Shown here: one piece after another, positions 16,448 through 27,352 of the stretch
Position numbering within the stretch: position 1 is the first letter of the stretch
Layout of the letters: each line of letters begins with the position of its first letter
Program-made: the position numbers and the translations under genes
Assembly: GCA_964619115.1 (NCBI GenBank)
Contig: CAZUEB010000002.1
Span: forward strand, 1-40,416
DNA length: 40,416 nt
Direction of reading: 5' to 3'
DNA from: an uncultured Dehalococcoidales bacterium
GTDB lineage: Bacteria > Chloroflexota > Dehalococcoidia > GIF9 > UBA5629
Notes under the pieces: model-generated
Told to the model about the DNA's origin: nothing
The model's database searches: none
Seen by the model: only the letters and a program-made list of their open reading frames with translations

Positions 16448-17548
16448 TTGGAAGTTTGCGTCATCGGGCTGCCCAAAAGCGGCAAGACAACTCTTTTCAA
16501 TGCCTTGACAGGAGGTAAGGCTGACACTGCGCCTTATGCCAAAGCTGCCCTGACTCCAAATTTTGGAGTGTCTAAGGTGCCAGACTCCAGGTTTCAAGTT
16601 CTGGATAGAATATTCAGCCCAAAGGAGATTACGCCAGCGGAAGTAAAATATGTCGATATCGCTGGCATAGCCAGAGACTTCGGCAAGGGGGAAGGGGTAA
16701 GCGGCCAGTTTCTGAACTATCTAAGCAACGCTGATGCGCTGCTCCATGTAGTCCGGGCATTTAAAGACGAGAACGTGCCCCGCATAGAAAGCAGCATCGA
16801 CCCAAAAAGCGATATAGCCACCATGAACCTGGAGCTTGTGTTCTCCGATTTAACCATAATTGAAAGAAGGCTGAAAAAACTTGAGGATTCCTTAAAAGGC
16901 GCTAAGCCAGCAGAACGTGACCTTTTTCTGAAAGAACAAGCCCTGATTCAAAAAATTAAGACAGAACTAGAAAAGGATATGCCAATCTGGCGACAAAGTC
17001 TAACCGGCGAGGAAATCAAAAGTCTGGCTAATTATCAGTTTCTTACTGCTAAACCTATGCTGATAATAATCAACATCGGAGAGAACCAGTTGGCTCAAGC
17101 ATCGTCTCTCGAAGGTGAGATACGCTCGGCCTACTCCCACTCACAATTTGAAGTAGTCGCCCTGTGTGGCAAGCTAGAAATGGAACTGGCACAGTTAAAC
17201 GACGCTGAAGCGGCAGAATTTCGCAACGCCCTGGGACTAGCCGAGCCTGCGATTGACCGCATCATACAACTTTCATACAACCTCTTAGGCTTAATCTCTT
17301 TCTTCACCACTGTCTCCGAGGAACTAAAAGCCTGGACAATACCCAGAGGAACAGTTGCTCTTAAAGCCGCTGGGAAAATCCACTCTGACATAGAAAAAGG
17401 GTTTATTCGGGCTGAGGTTGTGAGCTTTCATGATTTAGATAGATGCGGCAGTCTGGCTGAAGCAAGAAAACACGGCCTGCTCAGGCTCGAAGGAAAAAAT
17501 TACGCCGTGCAGGACGGGGATATAATAACCTTTCTGTTTAACGTCTAG
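16448..17548 (+). CDS. ychF: Redox-regulated ribosome-binding ATPase YchF
   Basis: 366 aa with an apparent TTG start. It has the P-loop GLPKSGKTT, the G4-like NIGE motif, and the C-terminal TGS/YchF motif HSD.EKGFIRAEV. Confidence 0.9.
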   Translation: MEVCVIGLPKSGKTTLFNALTGGKADTAPYAKAALTPNFGVSKVPDSRFQVLDRIFSPKEITPAEVKYVDIAGIARDFGKGEGVSGQFLNYLSNADALLHVVRAFKDENVPRIESSIDPKSDIATMNLELVFSDLTIIERRLKKLEDSLKGAKPAERDLFLKEQALIQKIKTELEKDMPIWRQSLTGEEIKSLANYQFLTAKPMLIIINIGENQLAQASSLEGEIRSAYSHSQFEVVALCGKLEMELAQLNDAEAAEFRNALGLAEPAIDRIIQLSYNLLGLISFFTTVSEELKAWTIPRGTVALKAAGKIHSDIEKGFIRAEVVSFHDLDRCGSLAEARKHGLLRLEGKNYAVQDGDIITFLFNV

Positions 17549-17609
17549 GAAATGTTACTCTCACCCAGAACTTTGCCGGCCTAAGAAATCCACGATTTGT
17601 GCCGCCACC

Positions 17610-17638
17610 TTCACCATCCTCACTCCAGATGGTATAAT
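17610..17638 (+). promoter_or_regulatory. Candidate extended -10 promoter for ppsA
   Basis: TGG-TATAAT at 17630-17638, with a weak -35 (TTCACC, 17610-17615) at 17-nt spacing. The SD GAGGAGG lies 5 nt before the ATG at 17674. Confidence 0.5.
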
Positions 17639-17673
17639 ACTCCCACGGGAACAACCCACAAACGAGGAGGAAT

Positions 17674-19935
17674 ATGAAACAAGGGACAAAGGCTATCCTT
17701 TGGTTTGATGAAGTAAACAAAGGTGACATTCCAATAGTAGGTGGCAAAGGAGCCAACCTGGGTGAGATGGTGCATGCTGGAATCCCCGTGCCACCGGGTT
17801 TCATCGTAACAGCAGGTGCTTACTTTAAATTCCTGAAGGCCAGCAATCTCACAGACGAAATCAGCCGATACCTTGAGGATTTGGATGTTAACGATAGCAA
17901 AAAACTCCAGGAGGTTGCCGGCCTGATTAAGGATAAAATTTCCAGCGTGCCCATGTTGCCTGACATCGTTCAGGAGATTAAAGACGCTTATCGAAAACTA
18001 GGTGGCGGACTGGTAGCAGTCCGCTCCTCAGCCACAGCAGAGGACTTGCCAGAGGCTTCCTTTGCCGGACAACAAAGTACCTTTCTCAACATTCAGGGGG
18101 AAAATGAGGTAGTAACGGCAATACAGGGTTGCTGGAGTTCCTTGTTTGAACCCAGAGCTATATTCTACAGACAGCAACAAGGTTTTGACCATTTCAGGGT
18201 AGGCATCGCTGTGCCCGTGCAGAAGATGATACAATCAGAGTCTTCCGGAGTCATGTTCACCGTGGAGCCACTGACCAGCGACACAACCAAAATCATTATT
18301 GAAGCAATCTTCGGGCTTGGCGAAGCTATCGTCTCTGGTGATGTCACTCCTGACCAATATCTTCTTGATAAAAATGACATCAGAATCATAGACAAGAAAA
18401 TCCATAAACAAGAATGGCAACTGGTAAAGGATATAAAAGCACCAGTGGGCAAGCTTGAACCTAACATCAAGACTTCCGTTCCACCATCAAAGCAAGCCAA
18501 GCAAAAGCTATCCGATAAAGATATTGTTTCCCTGGCTAAAGTGGGCAAAACTATTGAGGAACACTATCAGTTCCCACAAGACATCGAATGGGCAAAGGAG
18601 GGAAAAGATCTCTTCATTCTTCAAACGCGGCCCGTGACCACCATGAAACCAATGGAGACGAAGATACTTCCCAAAATAGAAGCTAAAGCAATTTTAACTG
18701 GTGTTGCAGCCAGCCCGGGGATAGCTGTTGGCCCCGTCAAAATTATTAACGCTTCGCAGATAGATAAGCTGAAAAATGGTGACGTTCTGGTAGCCGAAAT
18801 GACAACCCCAGATTTCGTGCCAGCAATGAAACGGGCAACAGCCATAGTCACCGACCGTGGTGGCAGAACTGCTCACGCAGCTATCGTCAGCCGCGAATTA
18901 GGCATCCCCTGTGTAGTAGGCACAGGGGTGGCAACCAAAACTCTGAGAGACGGCCAGGAAATAACTGTGGATGGCTCTGGAGGAGAAGTCTATGCCGGTA
19001 AAGTAGCCGAGCCAAAAACAGCCGCACCAGCAGTTATCAGTCAGGAACGAATTAAAACAAAAACCAGAGTCTATGTAAACCTGGCTGAACCTGAACTGGC
19101 TGAAGCCATAGCTGCAAGACATGTGGATGGCGTTGGTCTGCTGAGAGCTGAATTTATGATGGCTCAAATTGGCGGGCACCCAAGATACATGCTACACGAG
19201 GGTAAGGGTGAGCAATTTATGGAAATGTTAGCCAAGGGCATTACCACTTTTGTCAAAGCATTTCATCCCAGACCGGTGGTCTATCGAACTACCGATTTCA
19301 AAACCAACGAATATAGAAACCTGCGTGGTGGGGACAGATATGAGGAATTCGAGGAGAATCCCATGCTCGGGTACCGAGGCTGTTCAAGGTACACGAGGGA
19401 AACAGAGGTCTTTAGGCTCGAAGTAGATGCTATCAAAAAAGTATGCCAGCACTACGATAACCTATATGTCATGATTCCATTCGTCCGTTTCGTAGATGAA
19501 CTGGCCAGAATAAAAAGATTCTTCGTTTCCGAGGGATTATACCAGTTCCCTAATTTCAAATTGTGGATGATGGCTGAAGTACCATCCAATGTCTTCCTTA
19601 TAGACAAATTCTTAGATGTCGGCATCGATGGTATCTCTATCGGCTCTAATGACCTGACTCAACTTATTCTAGGGATAGACCGAGACAATCCCAAACTGGC
19701 ACCGCAATTCGATGAAAGAAATGAAGCGGTGCTCATCGCTTTAGAGAAACTCATTAGGGTCTCGGTAAGCAAAGGTGTAACCTCCTCGATTTGCGGACAA
19801 GCCCCCTCAGTCTATCCAGAACTTACTGAGAAGCTGGTAAAATGGGGCATCAACTCGGTTTCGGTAAGCCCTGATATGATCGATGAGACAAGGCGTATAA
19901 TCGCTGCTATTGAAGCAAAGCTCGGCCGGCCATAG
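17674..19935 (+). CDS. ppsA: Phosphoenolpyruvate synthase (pyruvate, water dikinase)
   Basis: 753 aa with an N-terminal ATP-grasp (GGKGANLGEM), the phosphohistidine swivel motif TDRGGRTAHAAIVSRELGIPCVVG, and a C-terminal PEP-utilizing barrel (GISIGSNDLTQ). Confidence 0.9.
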   Translation: MKQGTKAILWFDEVNKGDIPIVGGKGANLGEMVHAGIPVPPGFIVTAGAYFKFLKASNLTDEISRYLEDLDVNDSKKLQEVAGLIKDKISSVPMLPDIVQEIKDAYRKLGGGLVAVRSSATAEDLPEASFAGQQSTFLNIQGENEVVTAIQGCWSSLFEPRAIFYRQQQGFDHFRVGIAVPVQKMIQSESSGVMFTVEPLTSDTTKIIIEAIFGLGEAIVSGDVTPDQYLLDKNDIRIIDKKIHKQEWQLVKDIKAPVGKLEPNIKTSVPPSKQAKQKLSDKDIVSLAKVGKTIEEHYQFPQDIEWAKEGKDLFILQTRPVTTMKPMETKILPKIEAKAILTGVAASPGIAVGPVKIINASQIDKLKNGDVLVAEMTTPDFVPAMKRATAIVTDRGGRTAHAAIVSRELGIPCVVGTGVATKTLRDGQEITVDGSGGEVYAGKVAEPKTAAPAVISQERIKTKTRVYVNLAEPELAEAIAARHVDGVGLLRAEFMMAQIGGHPRYMLHEGKGEQFMEMLAKGITTFVKAFHPRPVVYRTTDFKTNEYRNLRGGDRYEEFEENPMLGYRGCSRYTRETEVFRLEVDAIKKVCQHYDNLYVMIPFVRFVDELARIKRFFVSEGLYQFPNFKLWMMAEVPSNVFLIDKFLDVGIDGISIGSNDLTQLILGIDRDNPKLAPQFDERNEAVLIALEKLIRVSVSKGVTSSICGQAPSVYPELTEKLVKWGINSVSVSPDMIDETRRIIAAIEAKLGRP

Positions 19936-19973
19936 CCCTGTAGAAGAACAGAAAAGCAAAAACTTAAGTTCTG

Positions 19974-21008
19974 ATGGTCAATCTGAATATTCGGCAGCGG
20001 ATAGAAGAATCTGAAAACAGCCTTTCCCCTCATGCTTCGAAGAGCAGGTTCAGCCGAGGCAGACTCAAATGGGAAGAACCTTGCCCGATACGTACAGATT
20101 TTCAGCGGGATCGAGACCGCATAATCTACTCAAACGCCTTTCGCCGTCTAAAACACAAAACACAGGTCTTTATCACCCCGCTTGGTGACCACTTCGTAAC
20201 ACGGCTTACACATACCTTAGAAGTTTCTCAGATTGCCCGGACTATATCCAGAGCCCTAAACCTTAATGAGGACTTAACCGAGGCTATCGCTTTGGGGCAT
20301 GATTTGGGTCACACTCCATTCGGCCATGTAGGTGAGCAAGTTCTAAACGAGTTATCCCCAAGCGGATTCAAACATAACGAGCAGAGTCTAAGAGTAGTAG
20401 ACCTTCTGGAAAAAGACGGACAAGGATTAAACCTGACCTGGGAAGTTAGGGATGGCATCTTGAATCATTCCAAGAGCGGAATAGAGATACTCGGAGAGGG
20501 ATGGACGGAAGTCAGCACCATCGAAGGACAGGTAGTCAAGATGGCTGACACTGTTGCTTATGTCAACCACGATATCGCCGATGCCATAAGAGCTGGTGTC
20601 ATAGACGAAAACGATTTACCTGCTTCTGCAGTAAAGCTACTCGGCAACACCTCCCGCCAGCGAATTAACACGCTAGTCTACGATATAGTCAGTTATTCCT
20701 TAACATCGATAGCAAATCCAAACTTAAAAAATCCAACTATTGGAATGAATTCTGAAACCTTGGAAGTCACCAATAATTTGCGTGAATTTCTGTTTGACAA
20801 GGTGTATAATCCCAGGCTAGTCAGCAAAGACACATCAAAAGCGAGGAGGGTAATACACCTCCTATATTCGTATTTCCTTAAACACGAGGTGAGTTTGCCC
20901 GAAGAATATGCATTGCGCGATGAAACTGTAGAACGAAAGGTTACCGATTATATCGCCGGCATGACAGACCAGTATGCATTACGGATGGCTAGGGAAATCG
21001 CACGCTAA
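19974..21008 (+). CDS. dgt: dGTPase-like dNTP triphosphohydrolase (HD domain)
   Basis: 344 aa containing FQRDRDRIIYS..FRRL..KTQVF, the HD motif RLTHTLEV...GHDLGHTPFGH, and the C-terminal DYIAGMTDQYA. Confidence 0.88.
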   Translation: MVNLNIRQRIEESENSLSPHASKSRFSRGRLKWEEPCPIRTDFQRDRDRIIYSNAFRRLKHKTQVFITPLGDHFVTRLTHTLEVSQIARTISRALNLNEDLTEAIALGHDLGHTPFGHVGEQVLNELSPSGFKHNEQSLRVVDLLEKDGQGLNLTWEVRDGILNHSKSGIEILGEGWTEVSTIEGQVVKMADTVAYVNHDIADAIRAGVIDENDLPASAVKLLGNTSRQRINTLVYDIVSYSLTSIANPNLKNPTIGMNSETLEVTNNLREFLFDKVYNPRLVSKDTSKARRVIHLLYSYFLKHEVSLPEEYALRDETVERKVTDYIAGMTDQYALRMAREIAR

Positions 21009-21062
21009 AATGAAATTGCCATCTGTAAGCAGAAGTTTGAAACAATCGATTGGGTTTCTGAA

Positions 21063-22925
21063 ATGAGCGTAATTGATGATGTAAAACAGAGACTGGACAT
21101 TGTGCAAATTGTCTCTGAATATACTAAGTTACAAAAATCGGGGCGAAATTATAAGGCCTCATGTCCGTTTCATTCTGAAAAAACCCCATCCTTTTTCGTA
21201 TTCCCCGAGCGGCAGAGCTGGCATTGTTTCGGCGCCTGCGGTACCGGTGGCGATATTTTTTCCTTCGTCATGAAGAAAGAGGGTATTGACTTCGGGCAGG
21301 CCCTGCAGCTCTTAGCTAATAAGGCTGGGGTTCCCTTGGTTGCCCTGGCAACCCCAGAGAGACAGACTCAAGATAAAGAGAGGGAAAGGTTATTCGAAAT
21401 CAACGAAGCCGCCGCCGAGTATTATCACCACGTATTATTGAATACGTCGAAAGGCCAGATAGCAAGAGATTATGCAGCTAAACGGGGACTATCAACTGAG
21501 ACAATAAATAATTTTCAGCTAGGTTTCGCTCCAGAAGGATGGGATACACTAAAGCAGTACTTGAAAGGCAAGGGATATGAAGAAGCAGAACTATTAGCTG
21601 CTGGTTTGCTAGTAGAGAGAGAGGATAGAAAAAACTACGACCGATTTCGCAATCGTTTAATATTCCCTATCAGAAACATCCAGGGCAAGCTTATAGGCTT
21701 TGGTGGTAGAGCATTAGATAATTCCATGCCTAAATATCTAAACTCTCCTCAAACGCCAGTTTTCGACAAGAGCAGCAGCCTTTATGGTATTGACCATGCC
21801 AAGACAGCTATCCGTGAGAAGGACCAAGCGGTAATTGTCGAAGGCTATATGGATGCCATCGCGGCTCATCAACATGGGTATTTTAATGTAGTTGCCTCAA
21901 TGGGAACAGCTATGACTGACAAGCAGCTAACTATCCTTAAAAACTGGACCAAGAATTTAATACTAGCTCTCGATGCGGATACTGCGGGAGAAGAAGCCAT
22001 ATCACGAAGCGGTGAACTGCTTGATAAAATGTTGCCAGTGCCACCATCTTTCTATGGGTGGGTAAGATATGAAGACGCTCACAATGCTGAGGTAAAGATT
22101 CTTATCTTACCTCAAGGCAAAGACCCGGATGAGTTAATAAGAGAAGATGCGTCACAGTGGGAGAAGCTGATAACGGATGCCAAGCCGATGGTTGACTTCA
22201 TTTTTGAAAGTGCAACTGCTAAAGTTAACCTAACAAGTGCCAGAGATAAATCTTTGACTGTAGAAAAACTCCTGCCGCTACTTTTCGAGATGAAGGACCC
22301 ATTGCGGCAAGCTCACTATCTAGAAAGGCTTGCCCGGTTATTGAAAATTGATGAACGCGCCCTAGGTGACGCATTGAAAAAGTTCCGAGCCACCGAACGA
22401 AAACGAAAAGCAACCAGAAACATGAAAGCTTTCACACCTGTATTACCTACCACCACGTCATCCAATCCCCTGGAGCAATATTGTCTGGCTCTATTGCTTA
22501 AGTATCCAGAGCTTAAGACAGAAATCTCCGGACTGTCACCCGACCACTTCGAAAATACCGAAAACCGAGAGCTGTTTATCAAATGGCAACAATGCGGTGA
22601 CCCTGCCTCTCTTAAGAACAGCCTCGATAGCACTCTTCAAGAGTATTTGGAAAGCCTTCTGGATAAGGATTTCCCCCCAATCCTCAAAGAAAGTGAAACG
22701 GCACGTTGCGAAGATCTGAACCAATGCATAACCCGTTTACAAGAGAGAAGACTGAGAAACCTCGAGATTAAGAAGCAAGAACTTTTGTCTATTGAAGCTG
22801 ATATTGGCGGAACCGCGGCACAATTAGCTAAACTAAAAGAGCAGGGTTTGGAAGACGATAAGCAACTTCGAGATGTCTTAATAAAGCAAAACCATCGCCG
22901 AAAACTAGCAAGGAGTGATGGTTAA
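21063..22925 (+). CDS. dnaG: DNA primase
   Basis: 620 aa with the zinc ribbon [11 protein letters not shown]...WHCFGCG, the Toprim motif VIVEGYMD...LALDADTAG, and a C-terminal helicase-interaction region. Its stop overlaps the rpoD start (TAATG). Confidence 0.93.
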   Translation: MSVIDDVKQRLDIVQIVSEYTKLQKSGRNYKASCPFHSEKTPSFFVFPERQSWHCFGACGTGGDIFSFVMKKEGIDFGQALQLLANKAGVPLVALATPERQTQDKERERLFEINEAAAEYYHHVLLNTSKGQIARDYAAKRGLSTETINNFQLGFAPEGWDTLKQYLKGKGYEEAELLAAGLLVEREDRKNYDRFRNRLIFPIRNIQGKLIGFGGRALDNSMPKYLNSPQTPVFDKSSSLYGIDHAKTAIREKDQAVIVEGYMDAIAAHQHGYFNVVASMGTAMTDKQLTILKNWTKNLILALDADTAGEEAISRSGELLDKMLPVPPSFYGWVRYEDAHNAEVKILILPQGKDPDELIREDASQWEKLITDAKPMVDFIFESATAKVNLTSARDKSLTVEKLLPLLFEMKDPLRQAHYLERLARLLKIDERALGDALKKFRATERKRKATRNMKAFTPVLPTTTSSNPLEQYCLALLLKYPELKTEISGLSPDHFENTENRELFIKWQQCGDPASLKNSLDSTLQEYLESLLDKDFPPILKESETARCEDLNQCITRLQERRLRNLEIKKQELLSIEADIGGTAAQLAKLKEQGLEDDKQLRDVLIKQNHRRKLARSDG

Positions 22926-24493
22926 TGACTTCAAATAGAGACGATGAACTCCTGTCCTACTTCCCAAAGAAAAGCAAAAGGAAGTTCGATTCTGAGTATA
23001 TTCTTCACATGGGCGACGAACCATTTACGCCCCAGGACAATACTTGGGATACTTTCGGCAAAAATGAGTCCGAAGAAGACAGTGACAAAATCACCTTTCC
23101 ATGGGAAAGCGAGGAGACTACTGAACTTGAATATGAATTAGCCGGCAAAGAACAAAAAGAAGACAAGTCACAAGTTGGCCTTGAAATAGAGCATATTGAG
23201 CATGAAGCGGTTGATGACCCAGTTCGTATGTATCTCCACGAGATTGGCAAAGTCTCACTGCTCACCGCGGACGATGAGAAGTCATTAGCCAGCAAAATAG
23301 AAGAGGCCAAATATCTGGAAAATATTGAGGAGCTTTATTTTCAGCGCCACGGCGAATATCCGTCAACAGTGGATACAGTAATATATTTGCTCCGCCATTT
23401 GCTTGCCTCAAAACGTTTGATCGATACTCTTGCCAGAAGGCTTAAATTCACCTCTACAGAAAGTTTCACCAAGAGCATCCACGACTCGAAGCTAAGAACA
23501 GCTATTGACAGCATGCTCAACCAGGAATTGGTGGAAACCATAGCCAAAGAAAGCGATAAAAGCATCCCGGAAGTTGAACAGGGACTGGTAGACATATCTA
23601 CTGTCAGTAGACTTCTGCCTCCAGAATTACGTAAGATTATAGGAGAAAAAACTACCTGGAAACAGCTAGAATCTCTGATTGCCGAGCCTGCCAATTCTGA
23701 ATTCATCTCTCAGCTTCACGAACATACCCAACAATTTAGGGCACATTTCAACAAGGTGAAAAGAACAGCCAGGAAATCAGAAAGACACCTGACTGAAGCA
23801 AATCTACGCCTGGTGGTTAGCGTTGCCAAGAAATATGTAGGTCACGGAATGCCACTCCTTGACCTTATACAAGAAGGAAATATTGGTCTGGTTCGCGCGG
23901 TTGAGAAATTTGAATATCGAAAAGGTTATAAATTCAGCACCTATGCTACCTGGTGGATTAGACAGGCTATAACACGAGCTATAGCCGACCAGGCACGTAC
24001 CATTCGTATCCCAGTGCATATGGTAGAAACTATCAACAGATTATTGAAGGTGAATCGCCGTCTGGCTCAGGAATACGGGCGTGAACCGAGCTATGAAGAA
24101 ATCGGTAAAGGTATGGAAATATCTTCAGACAGGGTAAGAGAAATACTTAAGTTGTCTCAAATGCCCATATCCCTGGAGATGCCCATTGGTGAAGAAGAAG
24201 ACAGTCACCTCGGCGACTTCATTGAGGACCGAGCTACACCACCCCCCGCCGATGCAGCCTCCCAGGAATTGCTTAAGGCACAGTTGAACAAAATACTCTC
24301 CGAGCTAACAGACAGGGAGCGAAGAGTCATATTGCTCAGATTCGGATTGGAGGACGGTCGGGCTCGCACTTTAGAAGAAGTGGGGAAAGAATTTAATGTA
24401 ACTCGAGAACGAATCCGCCAGATTGAGGCTAAAGCGCTACGTAAGCTGCGCCATCCCAGTCGAAGTCGAAAACTTAAAGACTATCTGGAATAA
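22925..24493 (+). CDS. rpoD: Primary (group 1) RNA polymerase sigma factor
   Basis: 522 aa. It has region 1.2 ([11 protein letters not shown]), region 2 ([13 protein letters not shown]...[10 protein letters not shown]...[14 protein letters not shown]), region 3, and region 4 ([20 protein letters not shown]). About 150 aa of non-conserved insertion lie between regions 1.2 and 2. Confidence 0.95.
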   Translation: MTSNRDDELLSYFPKKSKRKFDSEYILHMGDEPFTPQDNTWDTFGKNESEEDSDKITFPWESEETTELEYELAGKEQKEDKSQVGLEIEHIEHEAVDDPVRMYLHEIGKVSLLTADDEKSLASKIEEAKYLENIEELYFQRHGEYPSTVDTVIYLLRHLLASKRLIDTLARRLKFTSTESFTKSIHDSKLRTAIDSMLNQELVETIAKESDKSIPEVEQGLVDISTVSRLLPPELRKIIGEKTTWKQLESLIAEPANSEFISQLHEHTQQFRAHFNKVKRTARKSERHLTEANLRLVVSVAKKYVGHGMPLLDLIQEGNIGLVRAVEKFEYRKGYKFSTYATWWIRQAITRAIADQARTIRIPVHMVETINRLLKVNRRLAQEYGREPSYEEIGKGMEISSDRVREILKLSQMPISLEMPIGEEEDSHLGDFIEDRATPPPADAASQELLKAQLNKILSELTDRERRVILLRFGLEDGRARTLEEVGKEFNVTRERIRQIEAKALRKLRHPSRSRKLKDYLE

Positions 24494-24528
24494 GTTAGCA
24501 GAATATCCTGGCTGCTAGGAGGAACTAG

Positions 24529-25131
24529 ATGAGAGCAATCAAAGGAATAATAATGGTCATCGGGGTAATCGGAATTCTGGTCGCTGCTACCCTGCTCATA
24601 GGCTACTATCTTTACTCACTTTCTCCCCCAATCCAGGCAAAAATGGTGCAGATATTGCCAAGTCCAGAGGCTGCGCAAAGTTTCGACCAGAAGATAAGCT
24701 CTGCAAAGGCTGAAATTGAAGCAGCAGCCGACACCGGGCAAGCAAAACAGCTAACACTGACAATCACTGATAGAGAAATAAACTCCAAGATGATTGAACT
24801 CAGGGCTAAAGGGGAGCTGCCTGTAAGGGAAGCGCTAATCAACTTCGGCGATGGCAACTTTCTCGCCTACGCTGTGATTGACACGCCCGGCATCAATGCC
24901 AAAACGGCTATGATAGGACAGGTAGAAATCATGAATGGCTCCCCGAAAATAGTACTGGGAGATTTCAATCTTGGTAAACTACCATTGCCTGAATCTGCAG
25001 AACAAAGGGTCGAGCAGCTGCTTAACATTATGGTGGACTTGCAACTGAGTGATGTGCCTCTGGAGATAACTGATGTTCAATTCAGCAACGGTGAACTCAC
25101 TGTCACAGGAACAACCAAAACCGGCAAATAG
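24529..25131 (+). CDS. Hypothetical single-pass membrane-anchored protein
   Basis: 200 aa with a strong SD (GGAGGA, 6 nt before the start), one N-terminal TM helix (IIMVIGVIGILVAATLLIGYYLY) and a soluble remainder with no motif I recognise. Confidence 0.6.
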   Translation: MRAIKGIIMVIGVIGILVAATLLIGYYLYSLSPPIQAKMVQILPSPEAAQSFDQKISSAKAEIEAAADTGQAKQLTLTITDREINSKMIELRAKGELPVREALINFGDGNFLAYAVIDTPGINAKTAMIGQVEIMNGSPKIVLGDFNLGKLPLPESAEQRVEQLLNIMVDLQLSDVPLEITDVQFSNGELTVTGTTKTGK

Positions 25132-25139
25132 AGGCCTAT

Positions 25140-26471
25140 TTACCGCCCCAGCATACCCGTCAAGTTCTTGGGCAATTTTCCTGTGGCTGCCATTTTAGCC
25201 AGTTTCTGCATCTGGTAAAATTGATTGAGTAGTTGATTAATATCCGCGGGAGTAGTTCCGCTGCCTTTTGCAATACGCCGCCGCCGACTACCGCCGATAA
25301 TAGCTGGATTTCGCCGCTCTTCCTGGGTCATAGACAAAATAATAGCCTCAATTTTTCGCATCCGATTTTCCTCATCACCTTGAGGAATACTAGAAGCGAA
25401 CTTCGAGAAACCGGGTAGCAATTCAACCAGCTGAGTTAATGACCCCATTTTTTTTATCTGACGCAACTGTAACAAAAAATCTTCGAGATTAAACTCCGCG
25501 GTGCGCATCTTTTTCTCTAGCTGTTTGGCTTGCTTCTCGTCAAAAGCTTTCTCCGCCTTCTCGATTAGAGTAAGTACATCCCCCATGCCTAAAATGCGAG
25601 CTGCCAGGCGGTCTGGATAAAAAGGCTCAAGCGCATTTGCTTTCTCACCAGTGCCGATGAACTTCACCGGTACACCAGTGACAAACTTAATAGAAAGCGC
25701 AGCACCACCCCGAGCATCCCCATCCATCTTAGTCAAAATAAGCCCGGTCAAGCCAACGTCCTTATTAAACGCTTCAGCCGTGTTCACTGCGTCTTGACCA
25801 GTCATAGCATCAACTACCAATAGCACCTCTGAAGGACGAATCTCAGCTTTCAGTTGGACTAGCTCTTTCATCATTGCCTCATCAATATGAAGGCGTCCCT
25901 GAGTATCAATAATCACCCAGGTAGCCGCCATCTCTTGGGCATCCTTTAGAGCATGACTACAGATAGCAAGCGGTGCCGTCTTGGCATCCTCGCTTGAGAC
26001 TGGTATATCCAGTTGCTTCCCCAGAATCACCAACTGTTCAACGGCAGCCGGTCGGCGAGTATCAGCAGCCACCATTAAAGGACGTTGCCCACTGCTTTTA
26101 AGATGCAAAGCCAGCTTGGCTGCCGTGGTAGTCTTACCCGAGCCCTGCAAACCGACAAGCATAATGATTGAAGGTGGACGGCCAGATGTTATAAGGTCAT
26201 TCCGCTCTTTGCCTAAGATATTTACGAGTTCTTCATTGACAATTTTTATGATTTGCTGAGCCGGAGTCAGGCTTTCCAACACTTGGGCAGTCAAAGCTCG
26301 CTCTCTTACAACAGCAAGAAAATCCTTCACGACCTTGAAATTAACATCAGCTTCTAGAAGAGCCAGGCGTATTTGCCGCAAGGTTTCATCAATATCCTTT
26401 TCACTGAGCCTTCCTTTATTGCCCAGGCCGCTGAATATCTTGCTTAGTTTCTGCGTCAGAACTTCAAACAT
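25140..26471 (-). CDS. ffh: Signal recognition particle protein Ffh
   Basis: 443 aa with an NG domain (GLQGSGKTTT, DTRRPAA, DTQGR, TKMDGDARGG) and a Met-rich M domain. Confidence 0.95.
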   Translation of the reverse strand: MFEVLTQKLSKIFSGLGNKGRLSEKDIDETLRQIRLALLEADVNFKVVKDFLAVVRERALTAQVLESLTPAQQIIKIVNEELVNILGKERNDLITSGRPPSIIMLVGLQGSGKTTTAAKLALHLKSSGQRPLMVAADTRRPAAVEQLVILGKQLDIPVSSEDAKTAPLAICSHALKDAQEMAATWVIIDTQGRLHIDEAMMKELVQLKAEIRPSEVLLVVDAMTGQDAVNTAEAFNKDVGLTGLILTKMDGDARGGAALSIKFVTGVPVKFIGTGEKANALEPFYPDRLAARILGMGDVLTLIEKAEKAFDEKQAKQLEKKMRTAEFNLEDFLLQLRQIKKMGSLTQLVELLPGFSKFASSIPQGDEENRMRKIEAIILSMTQEERRNPAIIGGSRRRRIAKGSGTTPADINQLLNQFYQMQKLAKMAATGKLPKNLTGMLGR

Positions 26472-26571
26472 AAGCCATCTGTAGAATTCTACCTATGCCT
26501 GTTGCCACAGTCAATTGTGATAAAATAAAAACAGCGCATGAAATTACAAAACTGCCCGGAATAATTTAAGA

Positions 26572-27336
26572 ATGTTTGAAGCTTCACCATTCAGCCTGAA
26601 CATGTTTCAGCAGTGCCCGAGACAGTATAAGTTTCAGTATATAGACCACCTTGGGGGCGTTTACAGAAAATCACGACCATATTTCACCATGGGCGACCAT
26701 GTACATGCTGCCCTCAGAGATTTTCTCACTGTAGTCCCGGTCATTGAGCGTAATCCGACAAGGCTTGAGAACTTGCTACGGGAAAAATGGCGACGAAACC
26801 GCAAGGGATTCAATAACCGGGAAGATGAGAAAAGATGGGGTGAAAAGGCCCTCAAACAATTACGCCGATTTGCTCAGAATCATGATATTACTGTTACACC
26901 ATACATGGTGGAAGATTACCATAGTGCTGAACTAACCAGTTCCATAATCTTAAAAGGCAAAATAGACCGGGTTGACAAAGAAGCCGATGGCAGTCTGCAC
27001 ATCATCGATTATAAGACCGGCAAGATGCCATTTGAAATAAACCAGGTGCAACTCCATATTTATGCCCTCATCCTCTCCAAAAAGCAGGACCTGCCGCTCA
27101 AAAAAGCCTCCTATCTATACCTGGAGGCCGGTGAATTCAGGACCATTGAACTGGCCGCTGCAGATTTAGCACATGCCACTTCCTATGTAATCGAACTGGT
27201 GGATAGGATATGCAGAGAAGAGGAATACGCTGCTACTCCAAACATTTATTGCTGGAACTGTGATTTCCTTGAGATATGCCCAAGTAGAGAAGAGGCAGTC
27301 AAGTTCACCGCCAAGGAAGACGAATTAGATTTTTAA
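26572..27336 (+). CDS. Cas4/AddB-like PD-(D/E)XK nuclease with a 4-Cys (Fe-S type) cluster signature
   Basis: 254 aa. It has an N-terminal Cys in FQQCPRQY. The nuclease core is GKIDRVD ... HIIDYKTG (D...D/ExK) and QLHIYAL (QxxxY). The C-terminal motif is CWNCDFLEIC. A 16-nt gap separates it from the next gene. Confidence 0.8.
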   Translation: MFEASPFSLNMFQQCPRQYKFQYIDHLGGVYRKSRPYFTMGDHVHAALRDFLTVVPVIERNPTRLENLLREKWRRNRKGFNNREDEKRWGEKALKQLRRFAQNHDITVTPYMVEDYHSAELTSSIILKGKIDRVDKEADGSLHIIDYKTGKMPFEINQVQLHIYALILSKKQDLPLKKASYLYLEAGEFRTIELAAADLAHATSYVIELVDRICREEEYAATPNIYCWNCDFLEICPSREEAVKFTAKEDELDF

Positions 27337-27352
27337 TGATTGATGCAGAAAC

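Noticed and set aside
26472-26571. SRP RNA (ffs) or another small RNA next to ffh
   Set aside because: The 100-nt AT-rich gap shows no extended helices or the conserved SRP domain IV motifs. It is more likely just a divergent promoter region, but I could not define confident -35/-10 boxes, so no feature is reported.
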